A stretch of DNA of 64,000 nt from Octopus sinensis (GCF_006345805.1 NC_043007.1:12152001-12216000); one strand, 5' to 3'; shown: positions 49,441 through 62,490, numbered from the stretch's first letter. Translations and numbers: made by a program. The notes: generated from the letters alone by a model not told the origin.

Positions 49441-52059
49441 CTTATATGTATGTCATAATCATTTTACATATTTCCCTTGATGTTGGCATGAGTTAAATAC
49501 CTTGCTATGGTTTATATTTTGAACACCTAAATGACTTGCATATGAGATTCCCAAACATCTGGAAATTTATATTATGATGATGATCTATCATCATTATGTA
49601 ACTTTAATCAACAAGTTACTGATAGATTCTGTGATACTTTCCATAATTTCTTTAAAACCTTAGGGTTCACAAATACACTTGGAACCCAACTCAAAATTCA
49701 AATGTTCTATATGTTTCCTTTAACTTTGATAACCTTCATAATTCTAAATATGTACTACATAAGAAAAAAATTAAATGCAATATTACAATATACCCACAAA
49801 GTACACTAACACAATTTTTGTTCTTAGATAGGAACTGTTATTTCTTATTTGCTTAACTCTAGAAAGTATGAAAAATGGTTAATATTTCCTTCAAACTTTG
49901 CTTTTGTTCAAACCCCAAATCCTTTTCATCGTAAGGCTATGATGTTCCCCCACTACTTTTGCTCATGATCAAGGATGCATATATTGTCAGTCATTAAGAG
50001 CTATGCTCAAGTAGTTTAGGTCAAGCAACTGGCAAGCAACTTTGTAGTACTGAGCAGAGTATTTGCTATAACAATATTTCTGCTTCAGCAACTCAGAGCT
50101 GAATCTGTCAGAAATGTAATGGAAAATAAGTCAGTTTGAAAACATCGATGTCTGGTCACAAAAGCAAAGTTTGAAGGGAATAGTAGTCATTTCCTTTGAT
50201 TCCTAGACTGAAGCAAATAGGAAATAATACTTATTGACCAAAGACAAAAAAAAAAAAAAATTGTTATAAAGTGTAATTGAACCACTCCAAATTAAATTTA
50301 AATAGAAATTAAGTTAAAAACGAATTCATTCAATTTTCTAATTAATATTCTAATGAGAAGATTTTTCAACAATGCATTCAGCTATTACTATGAATCAGAT
50401 GAAATGGACAAGTAGAAAAGGTAAAAAGCTACATTAATATGAATCCAACACCTTTTAAATGTAGAAAGAGGTGTTATGTAACACAATTTGCTCTATAATT
50501 TATGAGAATGAACACCCAAAGCTAATTTTGTTTATTTGGTTTTTTGCAAATGCTATGTTAAACATTTCTTTTCTAACCAAAATGATATTAAAAGTTTATA
50601 TTCAACTACATATGGTTTTTCAGAACTGTTAGAAAACTCCAATCAATCTAAACCGAAAACAAAAATCTTCTAACTTGACAATAGCTAACTGTAACTGTCG
50701 AAATTGCAACAACTGTCTCCAAGAGAGTAATTGTAAAAACAAAGAATTGTTTTATTGTACACTACCAACATACATTTCATATCAACATGCTATGTAAGTT
50801 TAACAGCCAATGCATTTAAAAGTAATATTTTATCAACCTACACATACTTTTAGAAATTGCTACAGAAGAGCAGACGGATTGTTGTTGAATTATATTCCAA
50901 ATTTAAATATAAAGCCAACGTATCATTCGATAAGAAATGGAAAATACTATGCTTTGCAAAACAATACACCACACATAAAATTCTGTCATTTTCCACGTCT
51001 GAATCGCTTGACATTTTATTTTCCAAATTCTAGTTAATTAACAGACATCCAGAATTAGTTTCATTATACAGACATAAAATTTTTAGGACACTGGAAAATT
51101 GTGAACCAATCATCTTTCCAAACAGGCAAGAACTGTTTTCTCTCTCTTTCTCTCTCCACACACACACAGACTTTTTTTCCAGACACCTGAACAAACCAAC
51201 AAGCCAAACGGCACGAGATGTACAAACCAGTTCCAACAAATGAATTATCACGAATAATCTTTTGCCAAAATTGAATAATCCAAAGATTCTTGAGCACTGC
51301 TTCACCTAAATACAAAACTTATTGGGCATGTAGTAAATTATCACTAAAAAGTAAGTATTTTTTTGCAATTGTTAGTCAGTATTTTCTCATAAGTTATTAC
51401 TCAGATGGAAGCCATATTGATAATAAAGAACATTATCACCAGTAGCAAAGGTAATATCAAAAACTTTAGACAAATAGTTAAGTAATATTTAACCCTAGAG
51501 AATACACAACACTGTTTGACATAATACATCATCATCAATTGGTCACAACTAAGATGCATTTCAAGATGACCCACCAAGAATCTTTGTCCCCTATCAGCTT
51601 TTGTAGATCTTCAATTTCATGTAATGTGTATCTGCCAGCAACATCAATGTAGTTGAGTGGTCTTCACCCTTTATTAAAGTGTAAAAGTCTCCACATATCC
51701 AACATCTGACATGGTCTGGTGTTCAACACAATAGCAGTAGCCAGAAAAGCCTAGTCCATGTTGGTCTTGTACTCATGCCATGAGATGTTTTCAGCCCTAA
51801 GAGAGCTTCACATACATACCACCAAGGTAACCTGAAAGCCCTTCCTTCATAATTCAGGTTCCAGCTCAGTACAGAATGAAGAAGGCCAATTATGTTGACC
51901 TTGAAATCTTCCTGCACTCAATGATTTTGTTGCCTTTCTTTAACAAGTTATTTGATATATATATATATGTGTGTGTGTGTGTGTATGCATATATATATAT
52001 AGATGGATGGATAGATGGATGGCTCGATGGGTGGATGGATAGATATCAATGCCAGGCCC

Positions 52060-52243
52060 ACCAGACTGGCCCCTGTGCTAGTGGCACGTAAAAAGCACCC
52101 ACTGTACTCTTGGAGTGGTTGGCATTAGGAAGAGCATCCAGCTGTAGAAACATTGCCAGCTGCTGGCTCTCCAGGCCTCAGTCAAACTGTCCAACCCATG
52201 TCAGCATGGAAAACAGACGTTAAACGATGATGATCATGATGAT
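52060..52243 (+). mobile_element. Repeat family C
   Basis: Core plus tail. Confidence 0.8.
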
Positions 52244-53229
52244 ATATATATATATATATATACAGACTTACACATCTCTATATCAACACAACTCAACAAG
52301 TCTGAATGGTTTGAAAAGTTAATGCAATTACTATGCAAAATATTTGACAATGATGGAAGGAAATAAACCTAATCAAAGAAGGATGCTATCTTAGCTGGAA
52401 TTTTCTGAGTTTTTCACCAGGATACGAATGCTGCAGAGAGACAGACAGTAGGAGAGACAACGACGAGATGGACGAAATAGATGGGAAGATAGAGGCAGGG
52501 AGGGAAAATAAAGAGGAGGAGACAAAAAGAAAGAGGGTGAGAGAGATAGAAAGCATTCTAGCAGGGTGGGGGGGCGGATAATACAAATTGAGAGTCACAC
52601 ATGGTAATATTTTTAAATATTGCAAGAAGGATACATGCTGTTCTCAGCAACAGAGAATGGAATATGGAAACAATTGGGGTACTATGTTTTTTTATGCTTG
52701 CACTTATTGTGAAGATATTTCCAGTGGGTTTTTTTCTGAAGACATTTTCATCATGCACAAGTCCATCTGTTCATTTGTTATTTTGTTTAACATCTGTTTT
52801 TCTACGTTAGCGTGGGTTGGATGGAGATGCGTTTCAGGATTAAGAATGATTTTAAAGCCAGATGCTCTCCCTGTCACCAACCCTTACATGCTGTTCAGAT
52901 AAATGAATTTTGCATTCTACAGTATGTATGTATATATATACATAGATCTATCTTTACAGATAGATACAGATACACACATATACACATGCACACACAGACA
53001 CAGACACACCGGGTTTAAGACACTTTCCATTTATCAAATTCACTTCTATATTCTTGAGAAAAACTGAGGAATTCCTGAAGTAGATCAAGTGGCATTTATA
53101 GCAATATTGTGGATGACAACAGGTAGCCATAGACAATAATGAAAGTGCTTTAATTAGCATACTACCAGGTGTATATCCAAGCTTTAAGTAACTCCTTATA
53201 CATACATACATATATATATACACATATAT

Positions 53230-53396
53230 ATATATATATTTACACACACAGATGAACATGTGCTTGTGTATACACACATTTTATATATATATATATATAT
53301 ACATAAGAATATATATATATAATATATATTCTTATGTATATATATATAAAATGTGTGTATACACAAGCACATGTTCATCTGTGTGTGTAAATATAC

Positions 53397-53400
<4 letters not shown>
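53230..53400. repeat. Near-perfect ~170-bp palindrome centred on (AT)n
   Basis: atttacacacacagatgaacatgtgcttgtgtatacacacatttt... mirrored after atacataagaatatata/tatattcttatgtat. Confidence 0.9.
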
Positions 53401-53427
<27 letters not shown>

Positions 53428-53469
53428 TATGAGAAGACCTATCAAGCCAAGTGAAACTGTACTCATAGA

Positions 53470-53853
53470 CGATGTCAGTGTTCATTAACTGGCACTCATA
53501 CCAATGAAATGTAAAAAGCACTGGTCAGATGTTGGGCCTCACAGAGGCAGTGACAAGTGACCGAAACCTTTGGCAATATACTGTGCTTGAGAAGAAAACC
53601 CAACAAGCCAAGTGAGAGAGATTGTAGTCATGGCTGATGTAGGTGTTACATAACCGGTGCACATATGTGGGGGAACATCAAAAGCACCCACTTCACTCTT
53701 GAAGTGGTTGGCATTAGGAAAGGCATCCAGCCATAGAAACCTTGCCAAATCAGATTGGAACTTGGTGCAGCTTCCCAGCTTAATAGTTTTCAGTCAAACC
53801 ATCCAACCCAGGCCAGCATGGAAAACAGACATTAAATGATGATGATGATGATG
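53470..53853 (+). mobile_element. Repeat family C, extended 5' part
   Basis: Core plus (GAT)n tail. Confidence 0.75.
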
Positions 53854-54197
53854 ATATATTGCGCTTTTGGAAAGGTACAGGGTTCAATTCTACATAGAGA
53901 TTTGCTGACCACTTTTTTCAGTCCTGTAATAGAATTTACCCAATCTTCTAAACTGTTGTCACAGTGATCATGAGTTCAAGATTTCCATCAGTTCCTGTCA
54001 AATACCAACTCACTCAGCACTTCTAAGTTTGTTTATAAAAACTGGTCTAAATTCCAAAAGCTATTACTTCACATTATAGAATACAGCATTTGTTGTCAGA
54101 GGTTGCTTGGCTTAATGATGCAGGGTGCTCAACTGGAATTTGAGAGGTACAGGGTTCTTCTAAGCACATTTACCTGATTTACTAAGCTGCTTTCTAA

Positions 54198-54489
54198 TGA
54201 AAGGCAAAGTCGACCTCGGCGGAATTTGAACTCAGAAAGTAGCGTCAGATGAAATACCTGTTTCTTTACTACCCACAAGGGGCTAAACACAGAGAGGACA
54301 AACAAGGACAGACAAACGGATTAAGTCGATTATATTGACCCCAGTGCGTAACTGGTACTTATTTAATCGACCCTGAAAGGATGAAAGGCAAAGTTGACCT
54401 CAGTGGAATTTGAACTCAGAACGTAACGGCAGACGAAATACTGTTAATCATTTTGCCTGGCTTTCTAACGATTCTGCTAGCTCGCCGCC
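54198..54489 (-). mobile_element. SINE family B, long unit plus partial second unit
   Basis: Head at 54489; second unit starts after the aaagaaacag|gtatttc junction. Confidence 0.85.
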
Positions 54490-54545
54490 TGGCGTGCTAA
54501 CAATTCACAGCTTCACCACTTTCTATGTATATATATTAGATATTT

Positions 54546-54936
54546 GTGTGGAGGCGCAATGGCCCAGTAGTTAGGGCAGTGGACTTGCGTTCATAGGATC
54601 GCGGTTTCGATTCCCAGACCGGGCGTTGTGACTGTTTATTGAGCGAAAACACCTAAAGCTCCACGAGGCTCCGGCAGGGGGTGGTGGTGATCCCTGCTGT
54701 ACTCTTTCACCACAACTTTCTCTCACTCTTACTTCCTGTTTCTGTTGTACCTGTATTTCAAAGGGCTGGCCTTGTCACTCTCTGTGTCACGCTGAATATC
54801 CCCAAGAACTACGTTAAGGGTACACGTGTCTGTGGAATGCTCAGCCACTTACACGTTAATTTCACGAGCAGGCTGTTCCGTTGATTCGGATCAACCGGAA
54901 CTCTCATCGTCGTAACCGACGGAGTGCTTCCTTCCC
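54546..54936 (+). mobile_element. SINE family D (tRNA-like head), full length with TSD
   Basis: ggcgcaatggcccagtagttaggg A-box and ggtttcgattccc B-box; TSD ttagatattt at 54536-54545 and 54937-54946. Confidence 0.9.
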
Positions 54937-55344
54937 TTAGATATTTAATCTTATGTTGCTCCAGTTCACTCAGCTGTAGGAATGAGTTGCAACATCATTG
55001 GGGCCAAGCTATGTCTGTCTTGGCCTTTCCTTTGGATAACATTGGTAGCATGAAGAGAGGAGGCTAGTATGCTTGTCTTCCATAAAACAACCTTGCTCAC
55101 ACTTGTGCCTCGGAGGGGAACTTTCAAGGTGCATGTGTGTATGTGTCTGTGTGTCTCTATGGTTTGATATCATGTGAGTTGTAAATTAGTGTCGTTCATC
55201 TCTTGTATATCTGGCTATGGAGTAAGATCACATGAAGGTTTGTAACAGGGAGAGCATCCAGCCATAGAAAATCTGCTTCAATAAACTCTGGCCACTCCAT
55301 ACATGCATGGGGAAGTTGACATTAAAATGATGGTAATGATGAGG

Positions 55345-55511
55345 ATGGGTACATACATACACTCATGCATGCATACATTCATACATGCATACATACATAT
55401 GCATGCATGCATACATACATACACACATGCATACATACGTACGTACGTACATACATACATACATACGTACGTATGTGCATGCATACATGCATGCATGCAT
55501 ACATACATACA

Positions 55512-55542
<31 letters not shown>

Positions 55543-55550
55543 GTACGTAC
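55345..55550. repeat. (ATAC)n/(ATGC)n tetranucleotide array
   Basis: Direct inspection. Confidence 0.9.
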
Positions 55551-56100
55551 ATCAAGCTGAAGATCAGTGAAAAAGAGAACACCTATGCTGAACTATTGAG
55601 AAACCTGCAGTTACTCTATCCAGATTACAAGTTCAGGTTTATACCAGTAATTATTGGGGTCCTGGGATATGTAACACACTGTTTAAATACCAATCTTGAG
55701 AAATTAGGCTTCTCAAAACCAGAAAGGAGAAAGCTAATTCGAAGACATCACTGGCACTGTAAAAATACATACATAAAACATACCAATCTGTCCATACATA
55801 CATACACACATACATAGTAACTAAACCTTTTTCTGTTATCTCTCCCTGTTTATTTCTGTGTTCCTTTCTGTAGAAGAGCATAGGCTCGAAACGTAAAAGA
55901 CATTCTCACTTTCCAAGCATTAAACTAACACATCTGTTTGTTGTTTACACACCTGCCTTTGTCTTTTGTTTTTTGTAAATTCTCACTACACAAATACCCT
56001 GTTGTTGATGTTGAAATTCCAATGAAGGAACCTTGAATCTAGGTTAGAAACCGGTTCTTTCTCTATTGGCAAAAAATCTTGAAATAAACTGAATAATGGC
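55551..56100 (+). mobile_element. 5'-truncated RLE-type non-LTR element (R4/Dong/NeSL-like) with (ATAC)n tail
   Basis: IKLKISEKENTYAELLRNLQLLYPDYKFRFIPVIIGVLGYV... matches the C-terminal EK..KY..L...PVIIG.LG pattern of restriction-like endonuclease elements; flanked by (ATAC)n on both sides. Confidence 0.7.
55864..55899 (+). ncRNA. Minimal hammerhead-like motif with A6U core change
   Basis: CTTT-CTGTAGA-A-GAGC-ATAG-GCTC-GAAA-CG-TA^AAAG. Confidence 0.4.
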
Positions 56101-56399
56101 ATACATACATACATACATACACACACATATACATACATGCATGTTGAATGTAGCATACCCACTTCCATTTTTTTTTTTGCATTTTCTGTTTATGTGTGAA
56201 GCTAATGTGATGAGAGGTGTCTGGGATCTGTTGCATTTATGAGCTTCTGAAGGGTTTTAGGGATACAAAATGAAATGTAATCTCTTCAACTGGACATTGA
56301 AATTAGGTTGTAAATCTGATTTACCAAGAAATTATCTCCTACTCCACAGCACCCACTAGACTCTTATACACATATCTACATATCATATACAGAAACACA

Positions 56400-56411
56400 C
56401 ATATTTTATGC

Positions 56412-56443
<32 letters not shown>

Positions 56444-56535
56444 ATATACACACATATATATGTATATTTATATATGCACACATACATGTGTATGTGAATG
56501 TATGTGTATGTACTTATGTATATAATATATATGTG

Positions 56536-56567
<32 letters not shown>

Positions 56568-56745
56568 CTTATGCATATGTTATATATACATATATGTCTA
56601 TATGTATAGGTGCATGTGTATGTATATGATACCCATACATACAGACATATATACTTAAATATAAATACTCACACATGCATATACATACATATGTAGACAC
56701 ACACACACACACATGCAAACACACATACATGTGTGTGTGTGCATG

Positions 56746-56780
<35 letters not shown>

Positions 56781-56869
56781 ATGTGTTTGCGTGTGTTCAA
56801 AGACACTGACATACAATGCAGTTTTGTATTTAGCAGGGTTTGGGCATGTCTGCTTGCATGTGTTTGTGT

Positions 56870-56930
<61 letters not shown>
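56400..56930. repeat. (TA)n/(TG)n compound microsatellite
   Basis: Direct inspection. Confidence 0.9.
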
Positions 56931-56934
<4 letters not shown>

Positions 56935-58348
56935 CTTCAGATAACCTGTGATAAGAAAGGAAATGTGACAAGAAAGCTTAACACAAACGGGAAAGAGAAG
57001 AGAAGATAGTTGCACTGCAGTTTTCAACTATCAAACTACCAAAGACAATTTTTACAGAACATAATTTCTTAAAGTTGAATGCAGCTATAAAACACAACCA
57101 AAATGGTATCCCATTTGGCTATCTGAGGCTACGATTAAGCTACGATTTGCTTGCCAGGCAGAATACTAAGCAAGCTAAATTTCTTGTTGGTCAATATCTT
57201 CTTTTTTTTTTTTTTTTGGAATTTTTTAAAATATTTTTTTTTTGCAAGCAAAGGATGCAAACGTAATTGCTATTTTTTAAACTTTTTTTTTTTGTTTTTT
57301 TTCTCAAATGTTTTTCTCGTCGAGGTCTGACAAGATGGATGTTTAGATGAAAACATCACAGCAGTAAACACTTTTTAGGTGCTCAAACAACGAAAAAAAA
57401 AAAAAAAATCAAAGCGCGTATGTTTTAACAAATATAGTAACATGCGGCACAAGCACACTTACTGCTTTTGAAATTGCAGCATGCAAAGTCGAAATTTACT
57501 TTACAGAGTGACATGAGGCATTTTATTTTGTGGATGTGGACAAATATGTCCGACTGAGGGTGAAATCTCAGAGAATTATTTTTACAAAAAAAATATTATA
57601 CGTTGACTTCCTTCTAAGATTTTTGCTTCTAAGAATTTAGAAGTATACTTAAAAGTATATTCCAGGATAGTTTAGATATTTCAGAAGAAAAAAAAAAAAT
57701 CACTACTTGTACTACGAGCCAAGTTCTATTTGTATTCTTTGTGTAGAACCTCCTAGCTTAAAATGAAAACATTAGTATTTTGTATATAAAAAGGATTTGT
57801 GTCGATAAGTTTACAAATTAATTTATCGTATTAAATTTCTTTTCAAATGTTATCAACGTTGATAACAAGCAAACTTGAGAAAGAACTATTTCAGTTTGAG
57901 AAATGTGTTTTACAAGTAAATATTGCACAACGGTGCCATTGAAAGCCTGTCTGCTAACATTTTTAAAAGGATTTTGTTCTCTCAAGCTGGCTATTACCAC
58001 ACTGAATCATATGTTTAAGCAATTTTGCTGGCCTTGTGCCAAAATTTGAAACTGATATTTTTAAGTAATTTGTTTTATTTCATTCCTTTTTTTTTTGTTT
58101 TTTTTACAATATCTGATAAATGGTGGGACAACCGTTTAAAGTTATTTATATTTTTTTAATCAAGTTTTTATTATTATTATTAAAGGACAAAAATGGAGAA
58201 TGTGTAGAAACTTGAATTAGGTATGGCAATGAAATCGCTAAATTGGAGCATGTAACTCATATAAAGATTCGATGTGATAACAGAACCAACTATATTTTGA
58301 TATTCAATGAAAATAATTGAAAATGTGGAATGACATAACTGAACAGTA

Positions 58349-58392
<44 letters not shown>

Positions 58393-58395
<3 letters not shown>

Positions 58396-59005
58396 ACTTA
58401 TAAACAAGGGCAAAAGAAAAAAATTCTAACGCCAAATATGTCGAAAATAGACTTAAATCGTCAATAACCATATAATTCATCACTATAAGCACGCGTCTCG
58501 AAGTAAGCCGACAGAAATTTCTATAAACTTCCGTTATTATAGTATTGACTCTGATTTCAGAGTTAATTCATAAGAATTTTCTCCTCATCAGCAATAAATA
58601 CGGTAAGAAATAAATGAAATACTATTCTGGATATATTTGGGGTACTTAAGTGTGCTCATGACTTAGTGTTTGTTTCTTCAATGGGTAAAAGTAAGTATTT
58701 CATTTATTTCTTACCGTATTTATCATTGACGAGGAGAAAGTTCTTATGAATTAACTCTGAAATCGGGGCCGATATGATAATGGAAGTTTTTAGAAATTTC
58801 TGTCGGCTTACTTTTTTTCTTGTTTCAGCTCAGAGCTGTGGCCATGCTGATGCACCGATGATTATTGACGATTGAAGCCTATTTTCGGCATATTTGGCAT
58901 TAGAATTTTTTCTTTTGCCCTTGTTTATAAGTTGTTTATAAATTTAACCTTTAAAGGTATTTTTTAATATGCTGGCCATTGATAGAAATTTTTTCGAAAA
59001 ATTTT
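58393..59005. repeat. Large foldback element in (TA)n
   Basis: Inverted arms 58393-58623 and 58694-58935; the right arm carries a short SINE-A tail fragment at about 58810-58857. Confidence 0.85.
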
Positions 59006-61918
59006 ATCCTATATTAGATGTATATATATATATACATATACAAATTTCAAAATGATTGTAAAGATTACTAGAAGGTTCAACACTATTAACAAAAAAATTA
59101 ACTGTCAGCTAAGACATCTCATAAATAGTCTAAATGAGTTAATGAAATATATTTACATGAGTAGAAGTGCTAAACCATATGCAATATCAATTATTACCTG
59201 ACCAGGTGTGGTCATATACATCTACCTAGACATGTCTTACAGACTTATTGTCTTCAGGTCAACTACTTTAGTCATGTCATATGCTTGTTTAGGAAGGGGG
59301 TGTTGATTGCAGTTTATTTATATATATTTAAATGAAATAATTCAACTTCATTTAACTATAGACACATTTATATATTTAGATTTAAATCTTTATGCTATAT
59401 ATGTTTAAATAAAAAAAATATTCAACTTCTAAAAATATTAGTGTACCACTGATATTTCTGGATTTATGGAATACATTGAACCACATTCCAAAATCTGCTT
59501 TGTTTAATCTGTTGAGCCTCTAATAAATGTTACAAGTTTGATTGGCTTCCAGCTATTATATGTTTGAATATATTACTAACAGCTTAGATGATATTGAAAT
59601 ATCTTAAGATTTATTTTTAATAAATTTAGTACAAACATGTTTCTGTTGCTATGATTTACGTCTTACAAAGTTTATTTTTAATTTCATGTAGGGTCTTTAT
59701 CTTGTTCATCAATAGCTTGTTTAGGTCAATGAAAACTGATAAAATATGGACAACAGACTTGAGTTTGCTCATTTTATCAACCAATGACAAATCTGTCAAT
59801 TTGTTTTGTTACATTTAAATCTACGCCAATCATGAGACTTGTCTGCGAGTGTATGCATGTTTTATAAACACATGCACATATGTAAGTGTTTGGTTATCAA
59901 GAAATTAATGTTGAATTTGAGTAAAGGTTAACATAGGTACATAAAGAAATCAACTTGTCACAAATAATGAAATCAAAGAAACCATCCCAAAAAAGGAATC
60001 GGCATTTCCTCGAAATCCAATATAAAAATATTTGTCTTTGAATATTTATCTATCAAGTAAGGCATTTCATAACATATCAACATTTAATATGCGTAGTTAA
60101 GAAATCTGCTTTGTGGTTTCAAGTTGTGCAACACCCACCTTGTGAAGTTGTCTTCTACCATGGTTGCAAGGTTTTTAAAGAAAAATTTAATAGAAGGAAA
60201 TTGTGTAGAAGCTTGTCATAGGGTGGAAGGGGCATTCCTAATCTCTGAAGATTAACTTAATCCATTATCTAGTTTACCCTTTGATTTCTTCATCAGGATG
60301 TGCTCTGTTGCATCCACTCAGAACAAACCTGTGGTCTTAGAACAGCATACCCACATCATCCATTGCTCTGGAAATGGTTGAGAGTGCTGCTCTACCTTCT
60401 CTGACTAAGTTATTAAATAAATAAAAAAATCTAAGCAGAGATTTCTATCTTGAAATTGGCAATACAATCGGGAATTGTTTATAAAATATTATACATGCAA
60501 AATATAAATAAAACTAACAAACATTTAAAATGTGTCGCGGAGAATTCTAATGTACTATTATTATTTTAATTAAGTGAGGTGAAAAATACTAAAAAGCCAT
60601 TGTCATGATAAAAGTGAATTTCTACTTTGAATACAAGATGTGGACCCTTAAGAAAGCTTTTAGATTTAGTAGAAAGATTGCTTTTGAGAAACAAGAAAAC
60701 TTCTGCATAGTCACTCAATCTACAAGAAATTGCAGTCAAATCTCTCTCAAATTACACTCAACAAACTTGAAAAAAGAGAAGGATATTTTAGATCATTTAT
60801 TCTGAGATAGCCACCAAAAGATAAGGTGGTCTTGGATGGAATGCCTTTTGACTCAAGCTGACCTGGGCTAAACAACAACATGAATTAAACAGGCCTTACA
60901 TAATCAACCCTTTATGAATCTGTTATTAGAAACATTGTTCAATGATCCATGAGGAAGTGTCACAATATTTATTGAAGAGAAATGGGAGAGAGTCAGAGAG
61001 GAGGATAACATGATGAACACAGAATAAAATAAAATTAGAGTTCACATGTAATTGATTTCACTTCAAACAAGAAACTATATATTATATTCCGCATATTAAC
61101 CGAAGAATATTTTTCTTGCAATAATGGTAGACTTCTATCAAAGGTAATGGGCATGAAGAAGTACAGAAGACAGAAGTGACCAAGATATCGATACCGGACA
61201 ACTAAATCAACCGGAACGACAATTGCAGTGAAGGAAAAATAAAGAAATCTAATACTTTGGACTTGACAAAAGAATTATTACCTCAATGAGAAATGGAAAA
61301 GCAGGAATTTTTTTTTTTTAAATATTCTTCACCTTATTCTAGTTTAGATGAATATTGGAAAATAGAAAGTAAGTTCCTGGTTAGTTGTTCACAACCTGGT
61401 TTTTAATGTCAGTTGAAGCTATTTTATGAGGTTTATAAATTCTGTTTAATCTTTCCCCTAATTGTAGATTCTCTGGCTGCCTAAGGAAAGCAATGTGGAA
61501 CCCCTCCCCCCAGCCCAGTGTGTCTTCCTTAAAATGCTACAACATAAAACACTCAATCTTTTAAAATGAATGATTTGTTTGTTTGTTTTAAATGAATCCC
61601 ACATTAAAAGAAATAAATTAAAGCGTTTTATGCAGGATGATGTCTCCAACACAATTTTTCAGTTTGTTAACAGCAATCCTGTTTCTATGCTTCAAAAAAA
61701 AAAAATAATAATAATATCTCACTGATTTAGAAACAAGGTTTTAGAATTTCTCTGAATTCTAAACAAATATTAGAATGCAAAGAAGTTCTAAAGACTGCTT
61801 AATGATGAATTACAAAAAAAAAAAAAATTAAATAACGATGAACCATTTTATACCAAACAAACATGGTTTCTGTGTTTATGCAAGAATTTTCACTTATGGG
61901 CAAATTACCATTCTTTAA

Positions 61919-62490
61919 GCCTTTCATTACCATATTTCTGCCGAAATACACTACCTGTGTTTCAATTAATTATGGAAATGATGCAGAACTTAGCAAAATA
62001 TCTTTGTCATTATCAAGCTAGTGAAGGCACATGGCTCAGTGGTTAGAGCGTCGAGCTTACGATCGTGAGGTTGTGAGTTTGAATCCCGGACAGGGCTGCG
62101 TATTGTGTTCTTGAGCAAGGCACTTTATTTCATGTTGCTCCAGTTCACTCAGCTGTAGAAATGAGTTGCGACATCACAGGTGCCAAGCTGTATCGGCCCC
62201 TTTGCCTTTCTCTTGGATAATACTGGTGGCGTGGAGAGGGGAAGCTGGTATGCATGGGCGACTGCTGGTCTTCCATAAACAATCTTGCCCAGACTTGTGC
62301 CTGGGAGGGTAACTTTCTAGGTGCAATCCCACCGTCAGTCATGAGCGAAGGGGGTCCCAATCAAGCTAGTGTTTAGAACATAAATTAACAAAAAATTTGG
62401 ATGGAAGATTTTAATGTAGATTGCTGTAAAACATTTGTAAGGAATTTGTAGGACAGAACCAGAGCTGTCTCAGGCAGGTGAGTCTCAAAA
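61919..62490 (+). mobile_element. Diverged MITE family F-like copy split by SINE E
   Basis: Halves rejoin at atcaagctagtg and match the F body (ttatcattaagctagtgttaggaacataaatt). Confidence 0.65.
62021..62359 (+). mobile_element. SINE family E with TSD, nested in a MITE
   Basis: Colinear with 39063-39402; TSD atcaagctagtg at 62012-62023 and 62360-62371; a partial copy also lies at 54953-55132. Confidence 0.9.

Noticed and set aside
54546-54625. tRNA genes at SINE heads (also 29280-29358, 39063-39130, 62021-62095)
   Set aside because: A/B-box heads run straight into shared SINE bodies bounded by TSDs, and the acceptor stems do not close.
56010-56060. Hammerhead-like fold at the LINE 3' end (..AACCT..AGGTT-A-GAAACCGGT)
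   Set aside because: The CUGANGA half of the core is missing.
57651-57700. IFQDSL.. as the next ASAP exon (expected .FQDGL)
   Set aside because: No pyrimidine tract, it runs into poly(A) and similarity does not extend.
58490-58592. Minus-strand hammerhead in the foldback arm (CUGAUGA-GGAG...CUUC-GAGAC-GCGUG)
   Set aside because: GAAA is mutated, the triplet ends in G and there is no convincing stem I; at most a relic.
59198-59225. Minus-strand 28-nt exon-like unit VDVYDHTWS as the missing kinase-end exon
   Set aside because: It ends in phase 1 (phase 2 is needed), has a poor acceptor and little similarity beyond H-x-W.
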